Assembly (NCBI GenBank): GCA_002317135.1
Contig: DCIX01000006.1
Span: 743-64,742, forward strand
From: Bacteroidales bacterium UBA1715
GTDB lineage: Bacteria; Bacteroidota; Bacteroidia; Bacteroidales; UBA1715
Reading direction: 5' to 3'
Length of the DNA stretch: 64,000 nt
Each line of letters starts with the position of its first letter. Position 1 is the stretch's first letter. Shown here piece by piece: positions 28,737 to 38,053 of this stretch. Both the position numbers and the translations under genes were made by a program. The notes beneath the pieces are model-generated. The model was not told where the DNA came from and ran no database searches. It saw nothing but the letters and a program-made list of their open reading frames with translations.

Positions 28737-29750
28737 ATGATGAGTATTGCAGAATTGGTTGAAACCGATGGATACAAAAAGTTTATGGCGAAAGTGTACG
28801 GATGGGGAGCATCTGTCGTAATGATTGGAGCCTTGTTTAAAATCCAACACTATCCAGGTGCTGGTCCGATGTTGGTTGTTGGTTTGTTGACAGAAGCTAT
28901 TATCTTCTTCTTCTCAGCTTTCGAACCTGTACATGCTGAAATAGATTGGACACTTGTATATCCTGAATTAATTCCAACTCCAGAAGGAGAAGAAGTAGAA
29001 GGTATCCAAGATACTACTCCATTGACAACATTCTTGAAAGAAAAATTAGCTGGTAAAATCGAAGGTGGTGGCATCGGCGGTGGTTCTGCAGCTGGCGGAA
29101 ACGCACTATCTAAATTTGATGAAATGTTAGAACAAGGAAAACTTGGTCCAGAATTGTTCGAAAGATTAGGTTCTAACCTTGAAGCATTGAATTCAAATGT
29201 TGCTAATATGTCAGATCTTTCTAATGCTGCCGTTGCAACTAACTCTTATGTAGAAAACATTAATACTGCTGCAGGTTCAGTTTCTTCTTTATCAGGAGCA
29301 TTCGCTGCATCAGCAGACAAATTATCACAATCAGTTAATGACATTGCTTCTTCTGCACAACAAACAGCAAATTCAATTGCTGCTGAAGGTCAAAAAACAG
29401 CAAGCATGATTGCTACTGCAGGTTCAGGTTACGAACAAATGTTATTAGGTTTGAACGCAAACTTCTCAATCATTGGTGATACTACTAAGGCTCAAGCAGA
29501 ACAACAAGAAGCTCTTTCTAAGAATCTTTCTGCCCTTAACGCAGTATACGAAATGCAATTGAAGAACTCAAGCCAAAACTTGAGTGCAACAGAACAAATC
29601 ACTTCTGGTATCAACTCAATTATGTCAGATTTGCAATCAACTGCAAGTGATGTTGCTCAATACAAAGCAGAAATCTCTAAATTAAGTCAAAACTTGGCTG
29701 CATTGAATACTGTTTACGGAAACATGTTGAATGCAATGAGCATTAAATAG
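28737..29750 (+). CDS. gldL: T9SS/gliding motor protein GldL (PorL)
   Basis: 337 aa. YGWGASVVMIGALFKIQHYPGAGPMLVVGLLTEAIIFFFSAFEP covers the two TM helices with the conserved Glu. A long coiled C-terminal part follows. Confidence 0.9.
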   Translation: MMSIAELVETDGYKKFMAKVYGWGASVVMIGALFKIQHYPGAGPMLVVGLLTEAIIFFFSAFEPVHAEIDWTLVYPELIPTPEGEEVEGIQDTTPLTTFLKEKLAGKIEGGGIGGGSAAGGNALSKFDEMLEQGKLGPELFERLGSNLEALNSNVANMSDLSNAAVATNSYVENINTAAGSVSSLSGAFAASADKLSQSVNDIASSAQQTANSIAAEGQKTASMIATAGSGYEQMLLGLNANFSIIGDTTKAQAEQQEALSKNLSALNAVYEMQLKNSSQNLSATEQITSGINSIMSDLQSTASDVAQYKAEISKLSQNLAALNTVYGNMLNAMSIK

Positions 29751-29795
29751 TTTTCTTATAGGTAACTGATTTAAGAATATAAAAAACGATTTATA

Positions 29796-31442
29796 ATGGG
29801 ACACGGAAAAGAAACGCCGAGACAGAAGATGATAGGTATGATGTACCTATTCTATACTGCGTTGATGGCGTTGAATGTTTCCAAAGACGTTCTTGACTCT
29901 TTCATTAAGATCAATAACTCTTTGAACGTTACAAACGAAAACTTCATTAGCAAGAACGAGATTGCGTATGCTGCTATCGACAAAGCTTATGCTGCTAATC
30001 CTGGCAAAGCCCAAGCAATCTATGACTTGTCATTGGTATTAAAGCAAAAAGCTGATAGTTTGGTTGCAGAAATGCAATACTTCAAAGATACTATCATCTT
30101 CTATGCTGATAAAATTGATAGATCAACTTGTTTCACTATTCCAGGAAAAGGAAATAGATTACACATTGTTACTGACGAAGGTGATACAGTTTCGTTGGAA
30201 GAACAATGTCAATCGAAAGACAACTTGGATATCGCAGCACAAATCATGGTTGGTACTAACCAAGGTGAAGATGAAAGTTGCGGTGGTAAGAAGTTGGAAC
30301 TTTCTATCTCGAAATTTAGAGAATGGGTTCTTGAAACATCTGCAAAATATGGTGCAGATTCATTGTCAGCTCAAGCTAACAGTGTAAAGAAAACTCTTAA
30401 CACAGACAAAGTTATTGGTCACGATGGTGCATTAACTTCATGGGCAAGTTCCCAATTTGAGCACATTCCATTGATGGGTGCCATTACAGTGTTAACACAA
30501 TGGCAATCTAACATTCGTAACGTAGAAGGTGACTTGTTAAACTTAATGTATGGACAATTGGATGCAACTTCATTCAAATTCAATAAGTTGTCGCCAGTTA
30601 TTCTTGCTCCAAGTACGTATATCATGCAAGGTAACGAATACTCATCACAAATATTCCTTGCTGCATTCGATACAACACAAGCACTTGACGTATATGTAAA
30701 TGGTAGAAAATTGCCTATCGACCAAGAAAGTGGTCTTCCTATTTACAAAGTTAACGGAAGTGGTATTGGTGCGCAAAACTACAAGGCTGTAATTAAAATG
30801 CCTAAACCAAACTCAACAGATACTTTGGAATACACGATCTCTGGTGAATACCAAGTAGCAAAACCATCTTTGGTTGTATCTCCAACAAAGATGAACGTAT
30901 TCTATATTGGTCCTGATAACCCAGTTGAAATTTCTGTACCAGGTGTTCCTGCAGACAAAATTGCTGCATCTATTAGCAATGGTTCTATTACAAAATCTTC
31001 TAGCGGTGGTTATATTGTAAAAGTAACTAAAGCAGGTAAAGCAACTATTTCAGTTGTAGCAGACATTAACGGAAAGAAACAAAGCATGGGTAGTGTAGAA
31101 TTCCGTGTAAAGACTGTGCCAGATCCTGTAGCACAAGTGTTAGGTATGAGTGGTGGCGATATCGACAAAGCACGTTTACAAGCTGCTCCTACTGTTGATG
31201 CTAAAATGAAAGATTTCGACTTCGACTTGTCATTCAAAGTAACATCATTCACTGTCAGTGCACAAGTTGGTGCTTACTTCTTGTCTGAACAAGTTAAGAG
31301 CAACAGAATTAGTCCTCAAGTTAAACAAAACATCTTTAGTAAAGTGTCTAAAGGTTCTAAAGTTTACTTTGAAGATATCAAAGCTGTTGGTCCAGACGGA
31401 AAACCTCGTAACTTGGGTGTTTTGAAATTCGTAGTAAAATAG
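29796..31442 (+). CDS. gldM: T9SS/gliding protein GldM (PorM)
   Basis: 548 aa with N-terminal MIGMMYLFYTALMALNVSKDVLDSF, a single TM segment and a periplasmic domain. Its position is between gldL and gldN. Confidence 0.9.
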   Translation: MGHGKETPRQKMIGMMYLFYTALMALNVSKDVLDSFIKINNSLNVTNENFISKNEIAYAAIDKAYAANPGKAQAIYDLSLVLKQKADSLVAEMQYFKDTIIFYADKIDRSTCFTIPGKGNRLHIVTDEGDTVSLEEQCQSKDNLDIAAQIMVGTNQGEDESCGGKKLELSISKFREWVLETSAKYGADSLSAQANSVKKTLNTDKVIGHDGALTSWASSQFEHIPLMGAITVLTQWQSNIRNVEGDLLNLMYGQLDATSFKFNKLSPVILAPSTYIMQGNEYSSQIFLAAFDTTQALDVYVNGRKLPIDQESGLPIYKVNGSGIGAQNYKAVIKMPKPNSTDTLEYTISGEYQVAKPSLVVSPTKMNVFYIGPDNPVEISVPGVPADKIAASISNGSITKSSSGGYIVKVTKAGKATISVVADINGKKQSMGSVEFRVKTVPDPVAQVLGMSGGDIDKARLQAAPTVDAKMKDFDFDLSFKVTSFTVSAQVGAYFLSEQVKSNRISPQVKQNIFSKVSKGSKVYFEDIKAVGPDGKPRNLGVLKFVVK

Positions 31443-31463
31443 AAAACTTAAAATTTTATAGAT

Positions 31464-32300
31464 ATGAAAAAAGTTGTTTTATTGATGCTTGCTGTAGCAT
31501 TTTCTTCAGCGTTATTCGCTCAAGAAAGTCTTTATCCAGAAAGTCCATACGACAAACCTCATATGAGTGAGAATAAACCAAAGGCGAAACAACATATCCG
31601 CTATGCTGACGTAATGTGGTCTAAACAAATAGAAAGAACATTACCTCTTCGTGAGAAAATGAACCACCCTTTGTATTTCCCAAATAACGAAACAGGAAAA
31701 ATTGGTTCTCGTTATAGTTTGTCTGCATTTTTCATTGATGCTATTGTAAATAAAGGTTTGATTTATGCATACGATCCACTAAGTGACGGTGCAGTTCCTA
31801 TCACACAAGATGACTTTAAAGCAAAAATGGGTGCAAGTGTTGACACTATCTATATCGAAGATGATTACGGAAACGAAACAGCTAAAGTTATCGAAAACCA
31901 AGTTCAACCAAGCTCAATCAAATTCTTGATTTTGAAAGAAGAATGGGTATTCGACAAACAACGTTCTGTTATGGATCCTCGTATTATGTGGGTAACAACG
32001 TTGCGTGAATTTGAAAAAGAAGGTGAAATTCGTAAATCACTTCCATTCAAAATTTACTTCTCTTCTGCTGAACCTTATTTAGCAAAACAAGAAGCTTTCA
32101 ACCCAAATAGCGATGGTGACCAAAAATCATTCTATGATCTTTTCTCAAGACGCTATTTCAGTAGCTTTATTTCTCGCGAAAACAATGTTTTCAATAACCG
32201 TGAAGTAAACTCTTACAAATTCGGTATTGAACAATTGTACGAAGCAGAAAAGATTAAGACTTTCATTTTCAACTTCGAACACGATTTGTGGGAATATTAA
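31464..32300 (+). CDS. gldN: T9SS/gliding periplasmic ring protein GldN (PorN)
   Basis: 278 aa with a signal peptide. It is the last gene of the porP-K-L-M-N order. VMWSKQIERTLPLREKMNHPLYFP is GldN-like. Confidence 0.8.
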   Translation: MKKVVLLMLAVAFSSALFAQESLYPESPYDKPHMSENKPKAKQHIRYADVMWSKQIERTLPLREKMNHPLYFPNNETGKIGSRYSLSAFFIDAIVNKGLIYAYDPLSDGAVPITQDDFKAKMGASVDTIYIEDDYGNETAKVIENQVQPSSIKFLILKEEWVFDKQRSVMDPRIMWVTTLREFEKEGEIRKSLPFKIYFSSAEPYLAKQEAFNPNSDGDQKSFYDLFSRRYFSSFISRENNVFNNREVNSYKFGIEQLYEAEKIKTFIFNFEHDLWEY

Positions 32301-32322
32301 ACAAATCTTGTTAATAAAATAA

Positions 32323-32357
32323 AGAGGACTCTTCATTACGAGGAGTCCTCTTTTTTT
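32323..32357 (+). terminator. Rho-independent terminator closing the T9SS operon
   Basis: A 9-bp stem (agaggactc / gagtcctct) followed by ttttttt. Confidence 0.75.
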
Positions 32358-32381
32358 ATATTTGCAAAAACAGAAAAATCT

Positions 32382-33587
32382 ATGAAAAACCTTTCTCCTA
32401 TTCTTCTATTCACAATAATAGCTACCCTATTTTTTTCTTCATGTTCAAATCAAGATGAAAAAGAAAAAAACGAAGAACCAGTAGAGAAGGATATGTTCTT
32501 GTATAATATTCGCGTAAATGATCTTGATGTCATTCGCGATACATTAAAGCAAGGTGAAAATTTAGCAGGTATACTATATTCAACAGGAGTAAATAATCAA
32601 ACTGTACATAACATTGTACAAAAATGCGATAGTGTATTTAGCGTCCGCAAATTCAAAAAGGGCAATAGCTACACAAAAATGTTTTCAGACAGTACACTAA
32701 CATATCTCATATATGAAATTGATGTTGTAAATTATTTACTTATAGACCTTTCTGACAGTTTACCACAAGTTTCTAAATGTCAGAAAGATGTTTACATAGA
32801 AGAAAGGCACGCAAAAGGAACAATTCAAAGTTCACTTTGGAATGCAATGGTAGAAAATAAATTAGATCCAAATATTGCAATAGCCCTATCGGAAATGTAT
32901 GCTTGGTCAATAGACTTCTTTGGACTACAAAAAGGAGATTATTTCAAAGTTGTATTCACAGAAAAGTTTGTGGATTCCGTTTCGGTTGGAGTTGAATCAG
33001 TAAAATATGCGTTGTTTAACCACATGGGACAAGATTGCTTCTCCATCCCATTTGAACAAGATGGATTCACCCAATATTTTGACGAAAATGGTAAATCAAC
33101 AAGAAAAGCATTCTTAAAAGCACCATTACGATATTCAAGAATTAGTTCGCATTTTTCTAATGGAAGACGCCATCCAATACTAAAAATCGTAAGACCTCAT
33201 CACGGAGTGGACTACGCAGCACCAGCAGGTACGCCAGTTCAGACAATTGGTGACGGAGTTGTTGTAAAGAAAGGTTATTCTGGAGGTGCGGGAAATATGA
33301 TTACAATTAAACATAATGCCAGCTATACCACAACATACATGCATTTACAAAAATTTGCCAAAGGTGTAAGCACAGGTTCTCGTGTTCATCAAGGACAAGT
33401 AATTGGATATGTAGGAAGTACTGGCTTGTCAACAGGACCACATCTTGATTTCCGCGTATACAAGAATGGAACTCCAATAGATCCATTACGAATGGTTTCT
33501 CCACCTACAAATCCAGTAAAAGAGAAAGATATGCCTGCATTTAAACACTTAGCAGACAGTTTAGTACAAATACTACAATCATTCTAA
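32382..33587 (+). CDS. M23 family metallopeptidase (LytM-type)
   Basis: 401 aa with a lipobox. Motifs are HHGVDYAAPAGTPV and GSTGLSTGPHLDFRV. Confidence 0.9.
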   Translation: MKNLSPILLFTIIATLFFSSCSNQDEKEKNEEPVEKDMFLYNIRVNDLDVIRDTLKQGENLAGILYSTGVNNQTVHNIVQKCDSVFSVRKFKKGNSYTKMFSDSTLTYLIYEIDVVNYLLIDLSDSLPQVSKCQKDVYIEERHAKGTIQSSLWNAMVENKLDPNIAIALSEMYAWSIDFFGLQKGDYFKVVFTEKFVDSVSVGVESVKYALFNHMGQDCFSIPFEQDGFTQYFDENGKSTRKAFLKAPLRYSRISSHFSNGRRHPILKIVRPHHGVDYAAPAGTPVQTIGDGVVVKKGYSGGAGNMITIKHNASYTTTYMHLQKFAKGVSTGSRVHQGQVIGYVGSTGLSTGPHLDFRVYKNGTPIDPLRMVSPPTNPVKEKDMPAFKHLADSLVQILQSF

Positions 33588-33593
33588 CACCAC

Positions 33594-35942
33594 ATGGAAG
33601 ATATTTTTTCTAAACTTAACGAAAGCCAAATTGCTGCCGTTAGTAACACCGAAGGTCCTTCGCTTGTAATTGCAGGAGCTGGATCTGGAAAGACAAGAGT
33701 CTTGACATATAAGATAGCCTATCTCCTATCACGGAATGTACGTGCTTGGAATATTCTTGCACTAACGTTCACAAACAAGGCTGCCGCAGAAATGAAAGAC
33801 CGCATCATAAAATTGGTAGGAGAAGAAACTGCACGAGGTCTTTATATGGGAACCTTCCACTCTATTTTCGCAAAAATATTACGAAAAGAAGCGGAGCATA
33901 TACCTGGTTACACATCTGCATTTACAATATTAGACACCGATGATGTAAAAAAATTGTTAAGCGACATCGTAAAACGCCTATCATTAGATAAAGACACGTA
34001 TAAAGCAGCAAAATTGATTGGTATTATTTCTACTGCAAAAAACAATATGATTACAGCAGAAATGTACGACAATGCCGACACAAGAAAGATAGACAGACTG
34101 AACAATATGTCCGAAATCTATCGTATTTATGCGGAATACGATAAGGCTTGCAAGCAATCAAACGCAATGGATTTCGATGATTTATTGCTAAAAACGAGTA
34201 TTCTTTTTAAAAGTAATCCCGAAGTACTTGAAAAATATCAAAATCTCTTTCAATATATTTTAGTAGATGAGTATCAAGATACGAACACTTGTCAATACCA
34301 CATTATTCGCAAATTAGCTTTGCCAACAAATAACCTATGCGTTGTAGGTGACGATGCCCAAAGTATATATTCCTTCCGCGGAGCGAAAATAGAAAATATC
34401 CTGAACTACCAAAGAGATTATAAAGACTGCAAATTGTTTAAATTGGAACAGAATTATCGTTCAACACAAACAATTGTAAATGCTGCAAATAGTGTAATTA
34501 AGAAAAACAGCAAGCAGATAGCAAAGACGATTTTCTCCGACAACAATATAGGAGATAAAATACACCTATTAGAAACACCGACCGATGCAGAAGAAGGACT
34601 TCGAATTGCATCATTAATCGGTTCGTTAATTGACAAAGGCGAAAATTATAGTGATTGTGCTATCTTATATAGAACCAATGCACAGTCCCGTATTCTTGAA
34701 GAGGCCCTAAACAAGAAAAGAATTCCTTGTAAAATTGTGAAAGGTATGTCATTCTTCCAACGGAAGGATGTAAAGGATGTATTAGCCTATGTGCGTGTTG
34801 TCATTAATCCACACGACGAAATCGCATTGGAACGAATAATAAACTATCCAGCTCGTAGCATTGGCGACACGACTGTAGGAAAGCTAAAGCAAATCGCAAG
34901 TTCTTATAATGTTAGTCTATGGGATGTTCTTGCACAAATAGACAAACTAGAATCGCTTGTTTCTGCAGCAACACGAAATAAGATTACCAATTTCGTTACG
35001 CTAATACGAAGTTTTATTGCCGACAAAGAAGATGCCGATGCTTATTCTCTTTTGAATCGTATTGTTGAGAAAATAAACTTTAGAGAAGTCATAGATAAAG
35101 ATTATGACAAGGAGGAAGCGAAAGAACGATACGAAAACATTTTGGAACTTTTGAATGGTGCCAAAGAGTTTGTTGAAGAAGAAATGGATCCAGAAGCAAT
35201 TTACCTACATAACTATCTTGAAAAGATTGCATTGCTTACGGACATTGATGAAGAAGAAACTGAAAATCCCAATAAAGTTCTATTAATGACTGTTCATGCA
35301 GCAAAAGGATTGGAATTCAAACATTGCTTCCTTGTTGGATTAGAAGAAACGGTCTTCCCTTCTCAAATGAGTATGGATACGCCACAAAGTATAGAAGAAG
35401 AGCGTCGATTGTTTTATGTAGCAATCACAAGAGCGATGAAAACGGTAACGATTTCATACGCACTTACAAGAAGAAAATTTGGTAATCTAAACAACTCACA
35501 ACCAAGTAGATTCATTTTTGAGATTGACGAAGAATACTTAAGCGAAAAACCGAAAAGACCGATGAGTTCGTTTTCTTCATCATCGACAAATAATTTTAGC
35601 GGATTTTCAAAACAGCAAAACGCATTCTCAAATTTTTCACAATCAAGATTGAACAACTTTTCCTCTTTTTCGCGTCCTGTCCCAAATGCAATGTCTACAT
35701 TCGGAAATACGCAGAAAAAAGAGATGTTTGAACATTTTGGAGAAAAACCAAAAGAACCAATGCTAATCAATCCAAGTAAACCAGAAGATATTACCGAAGG
35801 ATTGCGAGTCCACCACGCTAAATTTGGTTTTGGAACAGTCAAACAACGTCCTGATTCCGACGCTGCAATAATCGCATTCGACAATTGGGGAGAAAAAAAG
35901 CTACTCTTAAAGTTTGCCAAGTTGCAAATTGTTGAAAATTAA
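33594..35942 (+). CDS. UvrD/PcrA/Rep-family ATP-dependent DNA helicase with low-complexity linker and C-terminal Tudor-like domain
   Basis: 782 aa. Helicase motifs are AGAGSGKT, ALTFTNKAA, DEYQDTN, YRSTQ and TVHAAKGLEF. The C-terminus reads VHHAKFGFGTV...FDNWGEKKLLLKFAKL. Confidence 0.9.
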   Translation: MEDIFSKLNESQIAAVSNTEGPSLVIAGAGSGKTRVLTYKIAYLLSRNVRAWNILALTFTNKAAAEMKDRIIKLVGEETARGLYMGTFHSIFAKILRKEAEHIPGYTSAFTILDTDDVKKLLSDIVKRLSLDKDTYKAAKLIGIISTAKNNMITAEMYDNADTRKIDRLNNMSEIYRIYAEYDKACKQSNAMDFDDLLLKTSILFKSNPEVLEKYQNLFQYILVDEYQDTNTCQYHIIRKLALPTNNLCVVGDDAQSIYSFRGAKIENILNYQRDYKDCKLFKLEQNYRSTQTIVNAANSVIKKNSKQIAKTIFSDNNIGDKIHLLETPTDAEEGLRIASLIGSLIDKGENYSDCAILYRTNAQSRILEEALNKKRIPCKIVKGMSFFQRKDVKDVLAYVRVVINPHDEIALERIINYPARSIGDTTVGKLKQIASSYNVSLWDVLAQIDKLESLVSAATRNKITNFVTLIRSFIADKEDADAYSLLNRIVEKINFREVIDKDYDKEEAKERYENILELLNGAKEFVEEEMDPEAIYLHNYLEKIALLTDIDEEETENPNKVLLMTVHAAKGLEFKHCFLVGLEETVFPSQMSMDTPQSIEEERRLFYVAITRAMKTVTISYALTRRKFGNLNNSQPSRFIFEIDEEYLSEKPKRPMSSFSSSSTNNFSGFSKQQNAFSNFSQSRLNNFSSFSRPVPNAMSTFGNTQKKEMFEHFGEKPKEPMLINPSKPEDITEGLRVHHAKFGFGTVKQRPDSDAAIIAFDNWGEKKLLLKFAKLQIVEN

Positions 35943-35975
35943 ATCTTCTTTTGTTATTTTTGAAAAAAATTTAAA

Positions 35976-36626
35976 ATGGAATACAATACAACGAGAGAAA
36001 ATCTCATTTTGCCAGAATATGGTCGTAATCTCCAAATGATGGCAAACCATTTACTTACAATAGACGATAGAGAAAAACGTACCGAAGCAGCTAAAGATTT
36101 AGTTGCAATAATGGTAAACATGAACCCTTCTGTGCGCGAAGCTAAAGACTACAAGCAAAAAATGTGGGATTATCTTGCACAACTTTGCAACTACAAACTT
36201 GATGTTGATTTTCCATTTCCTATTACAAAAGTTACGGAATTACCTGCTCCAGAAAAATTGGACTACAATATGAACGAAATCCGTTTCAGACATTACGGTT
36301 ACACTGTTGAAAGAATGATTGCCGCTGCAGTTGAATTGCCTGACAATGACAGCCGTAATGCACTAATACACATGATTGCCAACACGATGAAACGCAATTA
36401 TGTTATGTGGAATCAAAAATCTGTAACAGATGAAATCATCATTACTGATTTATACAAACTTTCGAAAGGTAAACTAAATCTTTCTGCAGAGACAAAACTT
36501 GCAAATGTAAATATGCCGGCAACTGGTATGCAGAATCAAAAGAAAGGAAACTTCAAACGCAAAAACAACAATCAAGGAAAGAAAAATAAAAACAACAACA
36601 ATCAAAAAAGACAAAACCAGAATTAA
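35976..36626 (+). CDS. DUF4290-like protein with Asn/Lys-rich tail
   Basis: 216 aa with N-terminal MEYNTTRENLILPEYGRNLQMM and KMWDYLAQLCNYKLDVDFPFP. In my recollection of Bacteroidota genomes this family sits just upstream of murA. Confidence 0.55.
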   Translation: MEYNTTRENLILPEYGRNLQMMANHLLTIDDREKRTEAAKDLVAIMVNMNPSVREAKDYKQKMWDYLAQLCNYKLDVDFPFPITKVTELPAPEKLDYNMNEIRFRHYGYTVERMIAAAVELPDNDSRNALIHMIANTMKRNYVMWNQKSVTDEIIITDLYKLSKGKLNLSAETKLANVNMPATGMQNQKKGNFKRKNNNQGKKNKNNNNQKRQNQN

Positions 36627-36628
36627 CT

Positions 36629-37936
36629 ATGGCAGTATTTCGTATTACAGGGGGCAAAAAATTACAAGGAGACTTATATCCACAGGGAGCAAAGAACGAG
36701 GCTTTACAAGTTCTTTCTGCTATTTTATTAACTGCAGAACCAATCGTAATTAGAAATATTCCAAAAATCCGTGACGTTTCCAATCTTATTGAATTGTTGA
36801 TGAGTTTAGGCGTGAAAGTGACGCAACTTAACGCAAATGACTATAGATTTCAAGCCGACGACATTAATCTTGACTTCCTATTTTCAAAAGATTTTCAAGA
36901 AAAAACAAAAACACTACGAGGATCTATTTTGTTAGTTGGTCCACTTTTGGCACGATTCGGGAAAGGCTTTATTTCAAGCCCAGGTGGAGATAAAATTGGC
37001 CGTAGACGCTTAGATACGCACTTTATAGGGTTCCAAAATCTTGGGGCACAATTTGAATTCAATCAAGAAACAAGCACATTTACAGTAAGCGCTCCTCACC
37101 TACAAGGAACATATATGTTGCTGGACGAGGCTTCCGTAACAGGTACGGCAAATATTATTATGGCCGCTGTTTTGGCAGAAGGAAAGACAACTATTTATAA
37201 TGCAGCCTGCGAACCATACATTCAACAATTGTGTAAAATGTTGAACAAGATGGGGGCAAAAATTTCTGGTATTGCATCAAACCTGTTGACAATTGAAGGT
37301 GTAGAAAAACTAGGTGGTTGCGAACACACAATCCTACCAGATATGATTGAAGTTGGTAGCTTCATGGGACTTGCCGCAATGACAGGTTCTGAAATTACCA
37401 TTAAAAATGTTTCGTATCCAGACCTTGGAATTATTCCTTCTGCATTCTCTCGATTAGGTATTCAATTTGAACGCAGAAACGACGACATCTACATTCCTGC
37501 TCAAGATAGTTATACGATTCCATCATTTATCGACGGATCAATTATGAACATTGCAGACGCTCCTTGGCCAGGTCTTACTCCAGACCTTTTGAGTGTATTC
37601 CTTGTTGTTGCAACTCAAGCAGTTGGTAGCGTTTTGATTCACCAAAAAATGTTTGAAAGTAGATTGTTCTTCGTTGATAAACTAATTGATATGGGTTGCA
37701 AAATCATTTTATGTGATCCACACCGTGCTACTGTCATTGGTTTAGGAAACAAACAAAAACTTCGTGCAACAAATATGACTTCGCCAGATATCCGTGCTGG
37801 TGTTGCTCTTTTGATTGCGGCAATGTCTGCACAAGGCGTCAGCACAATTAGCAACATTGAGCAAATTGACCGAGGATACCAAGATATTGACAAGCGATTA
37901 AATGCAATTGGTGCAGAAATTATCCGAATAAACTAA
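36629..37936 (+). CDS. murA: UDP-N-acetylglucosamine 1-carboxyvinyltransferase MurA (Asp at the fosfomycin-target position)
   Basis: 435 aa. Matching segments are FRITGGKKLQGDLYPQGAKNEAL, PGGDKIGRRRLDTH and a C-terminal IDRGYQDIDKRL. Confidence 0.95.
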   Translation: MAVFRITGGKKLQGDLYPQGAKNEALQVLSAILLTAEPIVIRNIPKIRDVSNLIELLMSLGVKVTQLNANDYRFQADDINLDFLFSKDFQEKTKTLRGSILLVGPLLARFGKGFISSPGGDKIGRRRLDTHFIGFQNLGAQFEFNQETSTFTVSAPHLQGTYMLLDEASVTGTANIIMAAVLAEGKTTIYNAACEPYIQQLCKMLNKMGAKISGIASNLLTIEGVEKLGGCEHTILPDMIEVGSFMGLAAMTGSEITIKNVSYPDLGIIPSAFSRLGIQFERRNDDIYIPAQDSYTIPSFIDGSIMNIADAPWPGLTPDLLSVFLVVATQAVGSVLIHQKMFESRLFFVDKLIDMGCKIILCDPHRATVIGLGNKQKLRATNMTSPDIRAGVALLIAAMSAQGVSTISNIEQIDRGYQDIDKRLNAIGAEIIRIN

Positions 37937-37957
37937 AAACAATGTTTTAATAGCAAG

Positions 37958-37985
37958 AAGCAGATCCTACAGATCTGCTTTTTTG
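37958..37985 (+). terminator. Rho-independent terminator
   Basis: A 9-bp stem (aagcagatc / gatctgctt) with a 5-nt loop and a T-run. Confidence 0.75.
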
Positions 37986-38053
37986 TTTCAAAAAAAGATT
38001 GTTTTCGCATTTTCTATCGTATATTTGGGAACGAATATTTAATTCAGTTTTTT

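Noticed and set aside
35414-35920. 168-aa minus-strand ORF antisense to the helicase C-terminus
   Set aside because: It lies wholly inside a well-supported helicase CDS, opposite its low-complexity linker. Its sequence is low-complexity with no start context or motif. It is a shadow ORF.
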